Notes under the pieces: generated by a model
What the model was told of the DNA's origin: nothing
The model's input: the letters and a program-made list of their open reading frames with translations, nothing else
Databases searched by the model: none
Shown: positions 51,633 through 64,000 of the stretch, one piece after another
How positions within the stretch are numbered: position 1 is the first letter of the stretch
Layout: each line of letters begins with the position of its first letter
Assembly: GCF_018977255.1 (NCBI RefSeq)
Contig: NW_024704743.1
Coordinates: 83,826,001-83,890,000 of the forward strand
Source of the DNA: Callorhinchus milii
Lineage: Eukaryota
Direction: 5' to 3'
Length of the DNA: 64,000 nt
Program-made: the position numbers and the translations under genes

Positions 51633-54179
51633 GACAAGGAGCTGCATCTCACTGCATACAGAACTAACTTTGATTTAACAGACAGTTATGCTGAAGGCTG
51701 CAATAGCTAAAAATAAAGAACCTTTCACTTAAAGGAATATATACACCATCCACATGACTTATTAGACTTTTGAGTATATGTTTTAGTTTGGACAGAGTTT
51801 CTGTCTAATGACTGAGTCAGTGAACATTGTATCAGTTCAACACTAAAAGTGAAGCATGAATAGGCACTTTCAATTGGCCAAATGTTTTTGAAATAAATTG
51901 AGAGAGTGGCTCTTTAATCCTGAGTCCTAATGATGAGTGTCTTGCACTGGATCCTGTACCATTTGTTATTTTCCGAGATCCTTGGATAATGGTTTTATTC
52001 ATTTAGAAACACACCTTCATGTAAAAAGCACAAAATTATATACAGAAAATGGATTTAGTGCTCTCCATAGTTGTGTCAGAGCTGCTCTCAAACTGAGTAA
52101 ATGGATGTCATCTTAATAGTTTTAAACAATGTTACCTTTTCAGATACCCAAGATAGCCTATGTATCAGTAAAATAAATCACTGGCTTGGCAATTAGGGGG
52201 TACTTTTTCAAGAAATGCCTAAAAGGTGAATGAATTTAATTTCCATTGCATTGGGCTCTATGTTGTGTGTACCCAAATAAGTGATCTAATTCCACTTTTC
52301 GTTCTTTCAAAGTGCTTTCAAAACCTCTAATGCTAATGTGACCTTTGCTAATGATGTAGGTGTACGAGTGTTCATTTTGTACCCAAGCCACCTTTCATAA
52401 AAATGCATTTGTTAAATGCGCTCAGCCACACAGTCTCGAAATGCCCAATTATTAATAAAAAAAATCACTTTATTATGGATTTATTTTTCTATTTATTTCT
52501 CCGCTCTAGTGAAGTTGTTTATGCCTGTGCACAAATGGGGAGCATCTATCAGCTAAGTATTAGTCCCATTTTGCTAACTGGTATTGTAGAGAACGACCTG
52601 TACCCATTGCAGCTACTCTTGCAATCGAAGGATCCAATATGGAATGTCGATTGACACACAGAGAGCCACACAGACAGATTGAGAACATCAAGGCTCTGAC
52701 CATCTTTATACTCATCTGGGAGGACTCCTGTGGGATGTCTCCTTTTGGAAGGACTCAGCACTTTAGCAGTGTAATTTTGTTGTTGTTGCTGTGACTTAGC
52801 TTTGTCTGTGTTCTTTATTATGTTCCTGACGCTTGGCTACGTACGTGTTCTGTGACGCAGGATGCCACAACGTCACTTTGACTCGGCGGCCACCAGGTGT
52901 AACTGCAGTGAAAAACTCATAACTGAAAATAACTCATAAACGATAGGAGATACCTGAAAACAAGCATGCTCCTGACACTCCCAGATGCAAGACCTTTTTG
53001 ATGAGTTATAAATCATATCTTTGTGTCAATGGGTTATTGAGAGCCTTCTTGAAGCGCAGACAGACATTGTCGTTTTATTAGTATAGATAGAAGAAGAAGA
53101 TAGGTAGAAGAAGATAGATTGCACAGAACACTACAGCACAGAAAGAGCCCATTGAGCCCAACTAGTGTTTGCACTCCACAAGAGACTCACCACCTCCTAT
53201 TGGCCTCTCCCATACTCCTATAACCCCTTGTCCCTCATGTATGCATCAAGCTTCCTCTTAAATACATTGACTTTGTTTTGTATTATGAGATAAGATGTAT
53301 TGGCCTACAAATAGTCATTTCTCTTGATAGTAATTAGTTGTGAATCACTTTAAGACAAAATATTAAGACTCTATCAAATGAAAGCTTCTCCTTTCTAACT
53401 TTTTTGGGGTATGGAACCCCACTACTTACTCTCTGCTCCCTTAACTTCACTGTTTGCATTCAACACTGCAGTCATGTGAGGCTGGGGTGGCGGGTGGGCG
53501 GAGAGCATCCATGTTTTTGCCAATACTTCTTTGAAGAGGCTACTAGGAAGGATATAAGCATGAGACATATGAGAATGGGTCCTGTGACTTGTTGCCCCAC
53601 TTGCTTCAAGCTAAATTTATTTGATTCTCTTCATAATTCATACCTAACTGTGACAGCTCTTCATTTATAACAGTGAAAGCTGTATTCTACCTATAAGAGG
53701 TTTCCCAGCAACATTTTTAAATTACTAGTTTTCAGCGTTTTTCAGACAGATGATGTGTTTTGGACCTATTTTAACTCTATTAAGCCTACACTCATCTAAG
53801 ATGTCAACACTGCTCTTTTAGCACCTCACTTGCACTCTTCCACAAAATACAAGCAAAAGAATGGAATCATGTTTGATTTTTAACCAACAGCCTTTATCTA
53901 TGTTATTAATAGTACTGTGGATATTGCTCCTTCACACTTTTTTCTTCCTCTTAAATGTCAAATACATCATCACAGCGCTTCTTCTCTTCCCTGCATGTTC
54001 ACTGTATCAAAATCAACTCTCTAACTCTAATTTGCCCTTTTCCAGAACCTAATAGCTGTAAGACCTCTGTACGTCTCTCAGTCTTTCCTATCTCCTGCAA
54101 TCCACTTCCCTTTTACCAAAAACATACCTATGTTTCTAAACTTAGACACTATTTCTTCATTTACTGCTGTCATCTCTTC

Positions 54180-55960
54180 GACCATCCTGTTCGCTCCCTC
54201 CGCTCAGCGGGCTCTGGCCTGCATCACGTCCCCCCACCTTGCTCGCCCCACTATCGGCAGGCGGGCCTTCCGCCACTCTGCACCCACCCTCTGGAACTCC
54301 ATCCTGCAGTCCCTCCATCTCGCCCCCTCCCTCGCCACCTTCAAGACCCACCTCAAGACCCTCCTCTTCGACCGTGCTTTCGATCTTCCTGCTTCCCCCC
54401 TGCCCTCCACCCTCCCCCACCCCGACCCCCAGCTCGAGTCCGAAACTCTGTCTGTCCAGCGCCTTGGGACGTTCTCCCGACGTGAAAGGCGCTATACAAA
54501 TGTAATTTTGTTGTTGTTGTTATTATCATCATTCCTATCAACCCCATCTCCAACCTCCTCTTCCTCTCCAAGGTCCTGGAATGAGTTGTTGCTTCTCAGC
54601 TTCGCTCCTTCTTCTCCCGCCACTCCCTTCTCGAACCCCTCCAATCGGGTTTCCGTGCCGGCCACAGCACAGAAACCGCCCTGGTCAAAGTGACAAATGA
54701 CATTCTGTCCATCTGCGGCCAGAGCTCCCTCTGCCTCGTCCTCCTTGACCTCTCTGCTGCTTTCGACACCGTTGACTCATCCACTGCCTCTCCTCTCACC
54801 TCAACCTCCACAGTGCTGTCCTTGACTGGTTCAGATCCTATCTCTCACACCGCCTGCACTTCATCTCCTCAAACAGCTTCTCCTCTCACCTCCGGACCGT
54901 CTCGTGCTGCATTCCTCAGGGCTCTGTCCTTGGTCCCCTCCTCTTCAACATCTATATGCTCCCTCTTGGTGACATCATCCGCAGACATGGGGTCAACTTC
55001 CACATGTGTGCAGATGACACCCAACTCTTCCTCTCTGCCTCCACCGTTGACTCCAGGACCACTGCTGTGCTGACAGAATGTCTGTCAGACATCAAGTCCT
55101 GGATGAGAGATAACTTTCTTCAGTTGAACGTCAAAAAGAACGAGGCTTTCCTGATTGGCTCCTGTCAGCGCCTCCTCACCTCAGGCACTGACAGTATCAC
55201 CATCCATGGTTGCACACTCCACCTTATTACGCCAGTCCAGAACCTTGGGGTCTTGTTTGACCCTCAACTATCCTTTCTACCCCACATCTGCACCATGACC
55301 CACTCTGCCTTCCCCCACCTCCGCAATGTCGCCTGGCTCTGATACTGTCTCACATCAAAGGCCGCTAAAACCCTCATACACGCCTTCATTGCATTGAAGC
55401 TCGACTATGCAAACACTCTGTTTGTCGGCCTCCCTAACTCCTCCCTCCACAGGCTGCAGATCATCCAGAACTCTGCAGCCCGTGTCCTCTCCTGCACTAG
55501 GCAGAATGTCTATCAGACATCAAGTCCTGGATGAGAGCTAACTTTCTTCAGGTGAACGTTAAAAAGACCGAGGCTCTCCTGATTGGCTCCTATCACCCCC
55601 ATACTTGCCCAACTCCACTTACTTCCCATCACACAGAGGCTACCCTGTTTGCTCCCTCTGCCCAGCGGGCTCCGGTCTGCTTCACGTCCCCCGCTTTGCT
55701 CGCCCCACTATTGGTGGGCAGGACTTCCGCCACTCTGCACCCACCCTCTGGAACTCCATCCTGCTGTCCTTCTATCTCGCCTCTTCTCTCGCCACCTTCA
55801 AGACCCACCTCAAGACCTTCCTCTTCGACCGTGCTTTCGATCTCCCTGCTTTCCCCCCACCCCGACCGTCAGCTTGTGTCTGTAACTCTGTCTGTCGAGT
55901 GCCTTGGGACGTCTTCCCGACGTGAAAGATGCCATACAAATGTAATTTTGTTGTTGTTGT
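54180..55960 (+). mobile_element. Two tandem L2 fragments (54180-54520 and 54535-55960)
   Basis: Two 3' ends with (TTG)n tails. RT motifs [12 protein letters not shown] and HMCADDTQL. Confidence 0.88.
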
Positions 55961-57261
55961 AAATCAATTTATCCAAGGCTTCTTCTCAGTTTACATGGTG
56001 CAATTGTACTTTTGTAATACATTTGCTGTGCAATTGTAAGATACATAGGTAATTGTACATTTGCTTAAATGATGTGAGTGGTTATGCTTCAATTGTTTAG
56101 AAGGTGCAATGTTACTGAAATAGTTTCCTTTCACTGCTACTCTGACACGCAACCAATACAATTCAAACAAGAGATGTCCAAACGCTTGTCTCTTCATTTG
56201 CACTGAAGCACATTTCCTTTTTATTACAGCTTTGCTGTGCACTTTTGTAAAGTTATTACCCATGATTGGTACCCATTTATGATGTATGATTGCTGAAGTG
56301 GGTGGTTGTTTTCTATGGGGGGTGAAGGTTGAATGATCGAGAAATGAGCGATGAGTGAACATTCTAAAGCATTTGCTTCTTTATTTTTGTGGATCAAATG
56401 CTCTGAGACGTCCTCCCGATGTGAAAGACGATATATAATTATAAATTGTATTATATCAGAGAATCAGAACCAGGACTTTCCCCTAAAGATTGAGTTCTTG
56501 AGTAGATAGGTTACATTTTACATGGCTTCAGAAGAACAAAGGGACAGAATGTCTTCTTATTCCATGCTTTATATTCTCATGATCTTTCTCTTTTTTGTGT
56601 CATTCTGAATGCTTTTAATTTTACAGCAGAGCTAACAATTTGCAGATCTATGAGGAAAAGGCAAGTAAATAACACTGAATGGATTGCTGTTTCAAAAAGA
56701 TGAGATGGGCCGTTTGGCCCTCTTCAGTGCTGTAAATATTTATGGTTCTATAGCTTTATGGACACAATCCTTCCAACTGGAGTTTGGCTCAAAACACATG
56801 AGAAGTACCATGGAAACAAATGGAAAGCCTTTTTTAACTAGCGTAACTGCAGCAAAAGCACATTTTAGGATCGTGGGAGACAGCTAAAATTACACAATAT
56901 GTTATTATGAACACTGCCAAGCTTCAAGCTGGAAAGAATTTTCCTCACCTGGGTGCTTAAGCCAGTAGTAACCTTGATGTACACAGGGGCGATTCCCAAC
57001 TGTCTCAAAGGGAGCGTCCCAAAAAAATGTGTGCACAACCTGTGTGATGTAAACCTGTCCACACTCCCCACTAAGAGGTGAGGGATAGGGATAGGGGGGT
57101 GTAAGATCCCATTTGTAACTGTGCCCTGCAAAGGGCAGCTGAACCTCGAGACGGGGAAGCCTTGGTTCCTTCACCAAAGTGGAGTGCGCAGAGGCAAGCC
57201 CCCCTCCCCCCCGCCAGAAGCGCTGGGTCTGTTCTGTAGTGAAATGGGATAACACATTGCC

Positions 57262-57492
57262 AACAAAAACAAAAGTCACTGGGAACACTCAGCAGGTCAG
57301 GCAGCAGCTATGGAGAAAGCAAAGTGAGTCAACGTTTCGGATCCACGTCCCTTTGTCAGAACGGTTCTGATGAAGGGTCGTGGACCCGAAACGTTGACTC
57401 ATTTTCCTTTCTCTATAGATGCTGCCTGACCTGCTGAGTGTTTCCAGCGACTTCTGTTTTTGTTTCAGATTTCCAGCATCTGCAGTATTTTG
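57262..57492. mobile_element. Palindromic Penelope-like terminal-repeat element with a hammerhead core
   Basis: Inverted arms of ~100 bp centred at 57363. The right arm contains CTGATGA-a-gggtc-gtg-gaccc-GAAA-cgtt. Confidence 0.8.
57364..57400 (+). ncRNA. Putative minimal type-I hammerhead ribozyme
   Basis: Core CUGAUGA at 57367-57373, stem II gggtc/gaccc, GAAA at 57388-57391, palindromic AACGTT in place of stem III, and a weak stem I (ggtt/gact). Confidence 0.6.
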
Positions 57493-58035
57493 TGTTTTCA
57501 TTTTAATAACATGTTGCGTCTTCTTTTCTATAACGGGTTTGATATTGTCTGAGACCAGCGAAAATATATATCAACAAATAAATACATATATTTTGTTTAA
57601 AAAAACTGAATAACATTTCTGAGATTTCTGAGGGCTCGGAATAAACTATTAGAACCTCCCTTCAGTGACACTTTATCCATCCACATGCACTCCTTTTACA
57701 ACCTCGTTACCACACGGATTAAACCATTTTTGTTTAGTTGCAAGATCATATTGATCTTTATAGGAATTAAACCACATTAACAATATAGCATTTGACTGAA
57801 TAAAAGTCCTAATAAAAAGCCTATCCATTACGGCTTTAGCTTCTAGTAACCAAGGGAAGAATCCCTAGAGACTGGTCTGCTCTTCCAAGTTCTGCAGATG
57901 AGCCAGATTGCCTATTCTGTTATCAGCAATCTCTAGGGATACTGCAAAGCCCCCTGGATCAGACTACAGAAACCGAGGATTAATTCAATCAGCACCTTGG
58001 GACATCTTCCTGATGTGAAAAACCCTATACAAATG

Positions 58036-58535
58036 TAATTTGTGTTCTTGTTTGTGCGACCCCATCACTCCCACCCTCGCCTGACGCCACTGGATCCCCA
58101 TCCCCCAGAGGATCGAGTTCAAGATCCTCGTCCTCACCTCTAAGGCCATCCATGGCCTTGCCCCCTCCTACCTCTCTGACCTGCTGACTCCCTACCAACC
58201 TGCCCGCTCCCTCCGCTCATCAGGCTCCGGCCTGCTCCATGTCTGCCGCCCGACCCTCCCTACCATCGGTGACCGGGCTTTCAGCCTCTCTGCCCCCACA
58301 TTCTGGAACTTGATCCCACGGTCCCTTCGTCTCGCTTCCTCCCTTGCATCCTTCACGGCTGGTCTCAAGACCCTTCTCTTCGACCGTGCCTTTGGTCTCC
58401 CTCCCATCTCTCTGCCTTCCCTCACCCCTACACCATCCCTCCCCCATGCTCGGGCCCCGAAATCTGACTGTTCAGCGCTTTGGGACGTCCTCCTGACGTT
58501 AAAGGCGCTCTATAAATGTAATTTTGTTGTTGTTG
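58036..58535 (+). mobile_element. L2 3' fragment
   Basis: ...LRLASSLASFTAGLKTLLFDRAF, with hairpin and (TTG)n tail. Confidence 0.87.
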
Positions 58536-59109
58536 TACATCATCTTGAAGATAACTCAGCCCCCAAAAGATACTCCCTTACCTCCCCACCCACCCTCTCC
58601 CCCCCTCCCTGCAGGAAAGAGAGTTTGGATGAAAATGAGCAGAATGTTCAAACTGTGTAATTTTTTAACACTGCTTTCTTAATTATTGTCTTATGCAGTT
58701 ATCATCCATTTCTGAAGTATGTATAATTGTAGTATATTGCCTTAAACCCCTGAGTGGGAATGGTTGGGAAAAATGACATGTAAATATTCAGAGCACAATT
58801 TTTTGATAACACACTACTGCTGTACCCAGGAAAGAAACAGCTCCAGGTGTTTCAAATAAATAAACCACTCAACTTGAAATATGATTTGATGCAACTCCAA
58901 AATGTGCATAAATGAGAATTTTATTAAATGTGCCCCTCAGATTTGTGGAGAGCCACAGTTGTGGTGCATATAACAGATTACTCATGTCCACAGACTGTTG
59001 GCAATCTTTCATGTTAATTCATCTGTTGCTACTACCTACTTGCTGTTTTTGTCAAAAGCTTCAACAGTGTTCAGTGAGGTTATTTTTCACTATGGAGATA
59101 GCGACCCAA

Positions 59110-59193
59110 TGACCCAACTGTGCAGCGCCTTGGGACGTCCTCCTGACGTGAAAGGCGCTTTATAAATGGAATCTTGTTGTTGTTGTTGTTGTT
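59110..59193 (+). mobile_element. Ultra-short young L2 3' end
   Basis: Appears identical to 50574-50658. Confidence 0.85.
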
Positions 59194-59390
59194 GATTCTT
59201 CTAAAGAGTACAGTGGATGTCTCTAATTAGCTTCTCATTTCTCTTCCATCCTCTGCTACTTCAGTGGCTCACTATCAGAGCAAGCAGTAAAAATTTTGTA
59301 TTACCTTTTAAATCAATTTGCAATTATCAGTTGCTGGTAGAGCCACATAAAATGAAAATTTCCTTGAAATGCCATTACGGCGTCAATATA

Positions 59391-60215
59391 TAGTAGAACC
59401 TCAGTAATCTGGCCACTCAAGGGATTGGGCAAAAGTGACCCACTTAGTGAGGAGACCTGATTACTGATTACTGATTCAGGTCACTGATGTAATGTTGAGG
59501 GTACGGGTAATGGACAAGAGTGATGAACATTCAACAACCGTACTTTGCAATCTCATTAAAATAAAGGCATTGTCACATTTAAAACAGAAGCTGTCATGTA
59601 TTCAGCCTAGCTTTTGAGAATGCATCCAACTTGTGTTCTGCCAATGTCATCGATCACAGCTAACTGTCTATGACTTTTGCCCTCACTGTTTTTGATTAAG
59701 TCTACACTATCACATAAGAACATCTTCCGGGGTGGGATGTTTATAACATTTGTCACCAGTCACTAAATCAAAACAAACAATGTAAACACAGACCATGTGC
59801 TCTGAATACAGCACTTACCATGAATTGGCGGCAGGAGCTCAGGTTAGGACGCGGGCACTGGGCGAAGTCGATTTTCCGCTGTGCCGCTTCCACGATCCCA
59901 ACACTCCCCGCACTGCGCATGCACAACCGGAGCCCACTCCACCCACATTAGCAGCATTGAGGAAACAGCACGAGAAGCCTGAGGCTTAGCGCACTGTGCG
60001 CTGCATAGGTTAGTAGCAGGAGGGGTGAGGGGGGGTGTCTGTACTGTTTGTACCGGAGGAGGGAGCTGTAGCGGCCGCAATCAATGACCGTTGTCCTGAA
60101 TAATGAGGTGCCCGGTTTACTGAAGCAGACAGCCTACCTTCTAACATTGACAATGAAAGCGACTGTGAAAATGTTCCCGAAATTGTGAAGTGGCTGATTA
60201 CCGAGGTCTCTACTG
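59391..60215. mobile_element. Non-autonomous Tigger-like DNA transposon with an internal insertion
   Basis: Left end ta|tagtagaacctcagtaatc and right end gattaccgaggtctctactg|ta are reverse complements with TA flanks. Confidence 0.6.
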
Positions 60216-60639
60216 TATTTATAGAAAGGACATCATGTGAAAAATATCTGAAATTGCCCTTCAAATCACCTTTCTTAGAAGAAACTAAACGGTTACATTT
60301 ACATTCTGATAAGCTGTTGATTTCTCATGTGACTCTTATAATAAAACATATTTGAATTTGGTATCAGGCTTATATGGGAAGAAATTCCACCAAGATCTAG
60401 ATTTATTCTATTAATGTTACACTTCGAGTGTCTAGAATTTGTCAAAATCTTGAGTACAGCCTTAATTTTGAATCAAATCTTTTGAATAGTTTTGAAATCT
60501 GTTTAGTTGTCAGGCCAGACATAAAGCTTGTTATAAATTATGAATGTGAAGAAATGCCTAATGTTCCCCAATCAACAAAAGGTGAATGACTTTAATATCC
60601 ACTTGAACAGGCAGATGGAGTTTACATGCAGCATACACC

Positions 60640-63236
60640 AGAACAGGAATGGGAGTTAAATATTCCAGGATATAATGTGTTCAGGAAGGATAGAGAAGGA
60701 AGAAAAGGAGGAGGGGTGGCAATATTAGTTAAGATACAATTATAGCTGTAGAAATGAATGAGGCTATGGAGGGCCCGACAACAGAATCCATCTGGTTAGA
60801 GATAAGAAATAAGAAAGGAATGGTTACACTGATAGGGGTTTACTATAGACCACCAGACAGCGAGAAGGAGATAGAGTAGCAGATCTGCAACCAGATCGCG
60901 GATACATGTAAGGCGAACAGAGTTGTGATAATGGGGGATTTCGATTATCCCAATATAGACTGGCAAAATAGCAGCGCTAAGGGCGAGACAGGAGAAAGAT
61001 TCATAAACTGTGTACAGGAAAAATTTCTTGAGCAGTATGTCTTCAATCCTACGAGGAAGGAAGCATTGCTGGATCTAGTCCTGGGGAATGAAATAGGTCA
61101 GGTTGAACAGGTTTCAGTAGGGGAGCATCTAGGTAACAGTGACCATAATATTATTAGATTTAGATTACTCATGAACAGGGACAAAGTACAGTCAAGGGTG
61201 AAAATGCTTGACTGGAAAAGGGCTAATTTTGATGGGCTATAAAGGGATCTAGAGTTGGTGGACTGGCAGTAAGACTAGCAGGTAAAACGACTCATGAGCA
61301 ATGGGAGATCTTCAAAGATATGATAGCTCAAGGTCTAAATAGATATATTCCCACAAAAGGGAAATGTGTGACAACCAAGCCAGTCTGGATGACCAGGGAT
61401 ATTCTGTCTAAGATGAAAAAGAAGAAGACGGCGTACGACAATTGGAAGACGCAAGATACTGAAGATAGCAAAGCGCATTATAGAGAATGCAGGAGTGATC
61501 TTAGAAGAGTGATAAGACAGGCAAAAAGATCGCATGAGAAGAGGTTAGCGGGTAACATAAAGGGGAATCCTAAAATATTTTACAAGCACATCAAGGAAAA
61601 AAGGTTAGTTAAAGGTAGGGTGGAGCCAATCAAAGACAATGACGTCAATTGATAAGTCACCAGGACCAGATGGGTTTCACCCAAGGTTGCTGTGGGAGAT
61701 ACGGGTTCAAATAGCGGAGGCTTTGGCCATTATATTTCAATTTTCATTGGACACAGGAGTGGTGCCAAGAGACTGGAGAGTAGCTAATGTTACAAAAAGG
61801 GGCAGAAAGACAAACCCGGAAATTACGGGCCAGTCAGCTTAACTTCAATAATAGGAAAACTACTGGAGACCATAATCCGGGACAGAATAAATCTCTATTT
61901 AGAGGTACATGAGGTAATTAGAGACAGCCAACATGGATTTGTTAAAGGCAAATCTTGCCTAACAAATCTAATAGAATTTTTTGAAGAGGTGACTGCGAGG
62001 GTTGATGAGGGAAATGCGGTGGACGTTATTTACATGGATTTCAAAAAGGCTTTTGACACAGTACCGCATAAGAGATTAATAAAAAAATTAGAGGCCCACG
62101 GTATTAAGGGGACAGTGGCAGTTTGGATTAAGAACTGGCTGAGTGACAGAATGCAGAGGGTGGTGGTTAATGGGTGTTTCTCAAAATGGAAGGAGGTGTG
62201 CAGCGGTGTCCTCCAGGGATCGGTATTGGGACCACTGCTCTTTCTAATATATATTAATGATCTGGACTTGGGCATAGAGAACACTATTTCCAAGTTTGCA
62301 GATGATACAAAGTTAGGTAGGGCAGTAAATAGTGAGGAGGACTGTAACCAACTGCAAGCAGACATACACAGAATGGTGGAATGGGCTGACATGTGGCAAA
62401 TGGATTTCAATGTGGATAAGTGTGAGGTGATACACTTAGGTAGGAAAAATGATAGGAGGCAATATAGACTTGGTAGCTCAATCTTAAGAGGGGGTGAACG
62501 TACAGAGAGATCTGGGTGTTCAAGTAAGCGAATCATTAAGGATAGCGGGGGTAGGTAGATGAGGCAGTAAAAAAGGCATTTGGTGTACTGAGCTTCATTA
62601 GTAGGGGCATAGAGTATAAGAGTAGGGAGGTTATGCTTAATCTGTACAAAACACTGGTTAGGCCTCAGCTGGAGTACTGCGTCCAATTCTGGGCACCTTA
62701 CTTCAGGAAGGACATTAAGGCACTGGAAAGGGTGCAGAGGAGATTCACGAGAATGATACCAGGAATGGGGAACCTTAGCTATGAGGACAGGCTGGAGAAG
62801 TTAGGACTTTTCCCATTAGAGCAGAGAAGGCTACGCGGGGACCTGATAGAGGTCTTCAAGATCATGAAAGGTTTCGACAAGCTAGATAAGGAAAAGCTGT
62901 TTCCGCTGGTAGGTGTGTCTGTGACTCATGGTCACAGTCTTAAGATATCTACCAAAAGAAGTAGAGGGGAGGTTAGAAGAATTTTTTTCACTCAGCGAAT
63001 TGTTCGAACTTGGAATAATCTGCCTGAAAGGGTAGTGAAGTCCGATTCGATAACAGCTTTTAAGAGAGAACTGGATAGGTATCTGGAGAATACGGGTTTG
63101 CAGGGTTATGGGGAGAAAGCTAGTGATTGGGGTTAGTGAAAGTGACTTGCTCTGTCAAAGAGCCGGCACAGACTCGATGGGCCGAATGGCCTCCTTCTGT
63201 GCCGTAACATTTTATGAATCTATGAATCTATGAATC
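60640..63236 (+). mobile_element. CR1 LINE with a disrupted ORF2 (endonuclease and RT), nested in a DeuSINE
   Basis: [70 protein letters not shown] and SKFADDTKL motifs, with stops and frameshifts. Tail (CTATGAAT)n. DeuSINE halves on both sides. Confidence 0.94.
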
Positions 63237-64000
63237 ACTGCATTGGAGTATCAGCATAGACTATATGGGTTCCAAGCTTGAACCCACAACCTTCTGACTC
63301 ACTGGCAATAGTACTACCAACTGATCCAGTGTGACATAAAATACAAATTTGCATTTATATGTTGCCTTTCAAGTCAGGAGAACGTCCAAAGGTGCTTGAC
63401 AGTCCTGGCTTGACACCTAAGAACATAAGAAATGCTAGATGATAAGAGACCAAGGTCTATCTAATTCGCCTTCCACCTTCCTAGCGGTCGCATGCACATA
63501 TGTCCTAAACTACCTCTGTACTATATCCCAACAATTAGCCCCAGGAACTCAGGTTAGGCCACAGGCGCCAGGCGACGCCGATTTTCTCTTTGCACCACTT
63601 CAGCAATCCCAACAGTCCCTGCGCTGCCCATGTGTGACTGGAACCCACTCCGGCCACAGTAGCAGCATTGAGGAAACAACTTGAGAAGCCCGAGGCCCAG
63701 TACACTGTGTTATGCACCTGAGTTGGGGATGGGAACCTGACGGATGCGGATAGAAAAGATGACCAACGCTGCAGTCAAAAAGGAAAGTCTTCACAAAGAC
63801 AACAAAAGAGGTGAAAAAGGGAGCTAGCTAGTTCTGTAAAGTGGGGCAAATAGGTTGTAAGCACAATCGCTGATAGTGGGGCGGGTAGGGCAGAGACATA
63901 ATGTTGGCCGGTGCCTGTGAATGAAGGGAGTGGACAGGTCAGTACGAAAATGATTAAATAGTATATGTGTCATCAGTATACACAAATTCAAAGGTAGTTC

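Noticed and set aside
60640..63236. Active or domesticated reverse transcriptase gene
   Set aside because: Multiple stops, frameshifts and an internal deletion mark it as an ordinary dead CR1.

Overview
Vertebrate genomic DNA, very likely from a cartilaginous fish. This is an inference from the repeat content: DeuSINE/SacSINE1-like and LF-SINE-like relics, abundant L2 and CR1 LINEs, and a Penelope-type palindrome. The only host protein-coding gene I can support is a three-exon galanin receptor 1 (GALR1) on the + strand, with CDS 15608-16264, 23931-23996 and 34985-35302 (346 aa). A CpG-rich promoter region and a 444-nt pure-purine tract lie just upstream. Nearly all other ORFs in the track are LINE fragments, SINE tails or noise. 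Main observations: (1) a young 5'-truncated SINE sits exactly in the exon-1 splice donor and duplicates it, leaving a weak productive donor and a stronger donor that would create a premature stop; (2) the receptor has Asn in place of the TM6 His (human H267) linked to galanin binding and zinc inhibition; (3) a ~200-bp inverted repeat carries a minimal hammerhead-ribozyme core; (4) a SINE/L2 pair shares a 3' hairpin with a compensatory base-pair change, and two L2 copies have inserted into SINE tRNA heads. Repeat family names come from my recall of consensus sequences, not from a database search, and repeat boundaries are approximate.
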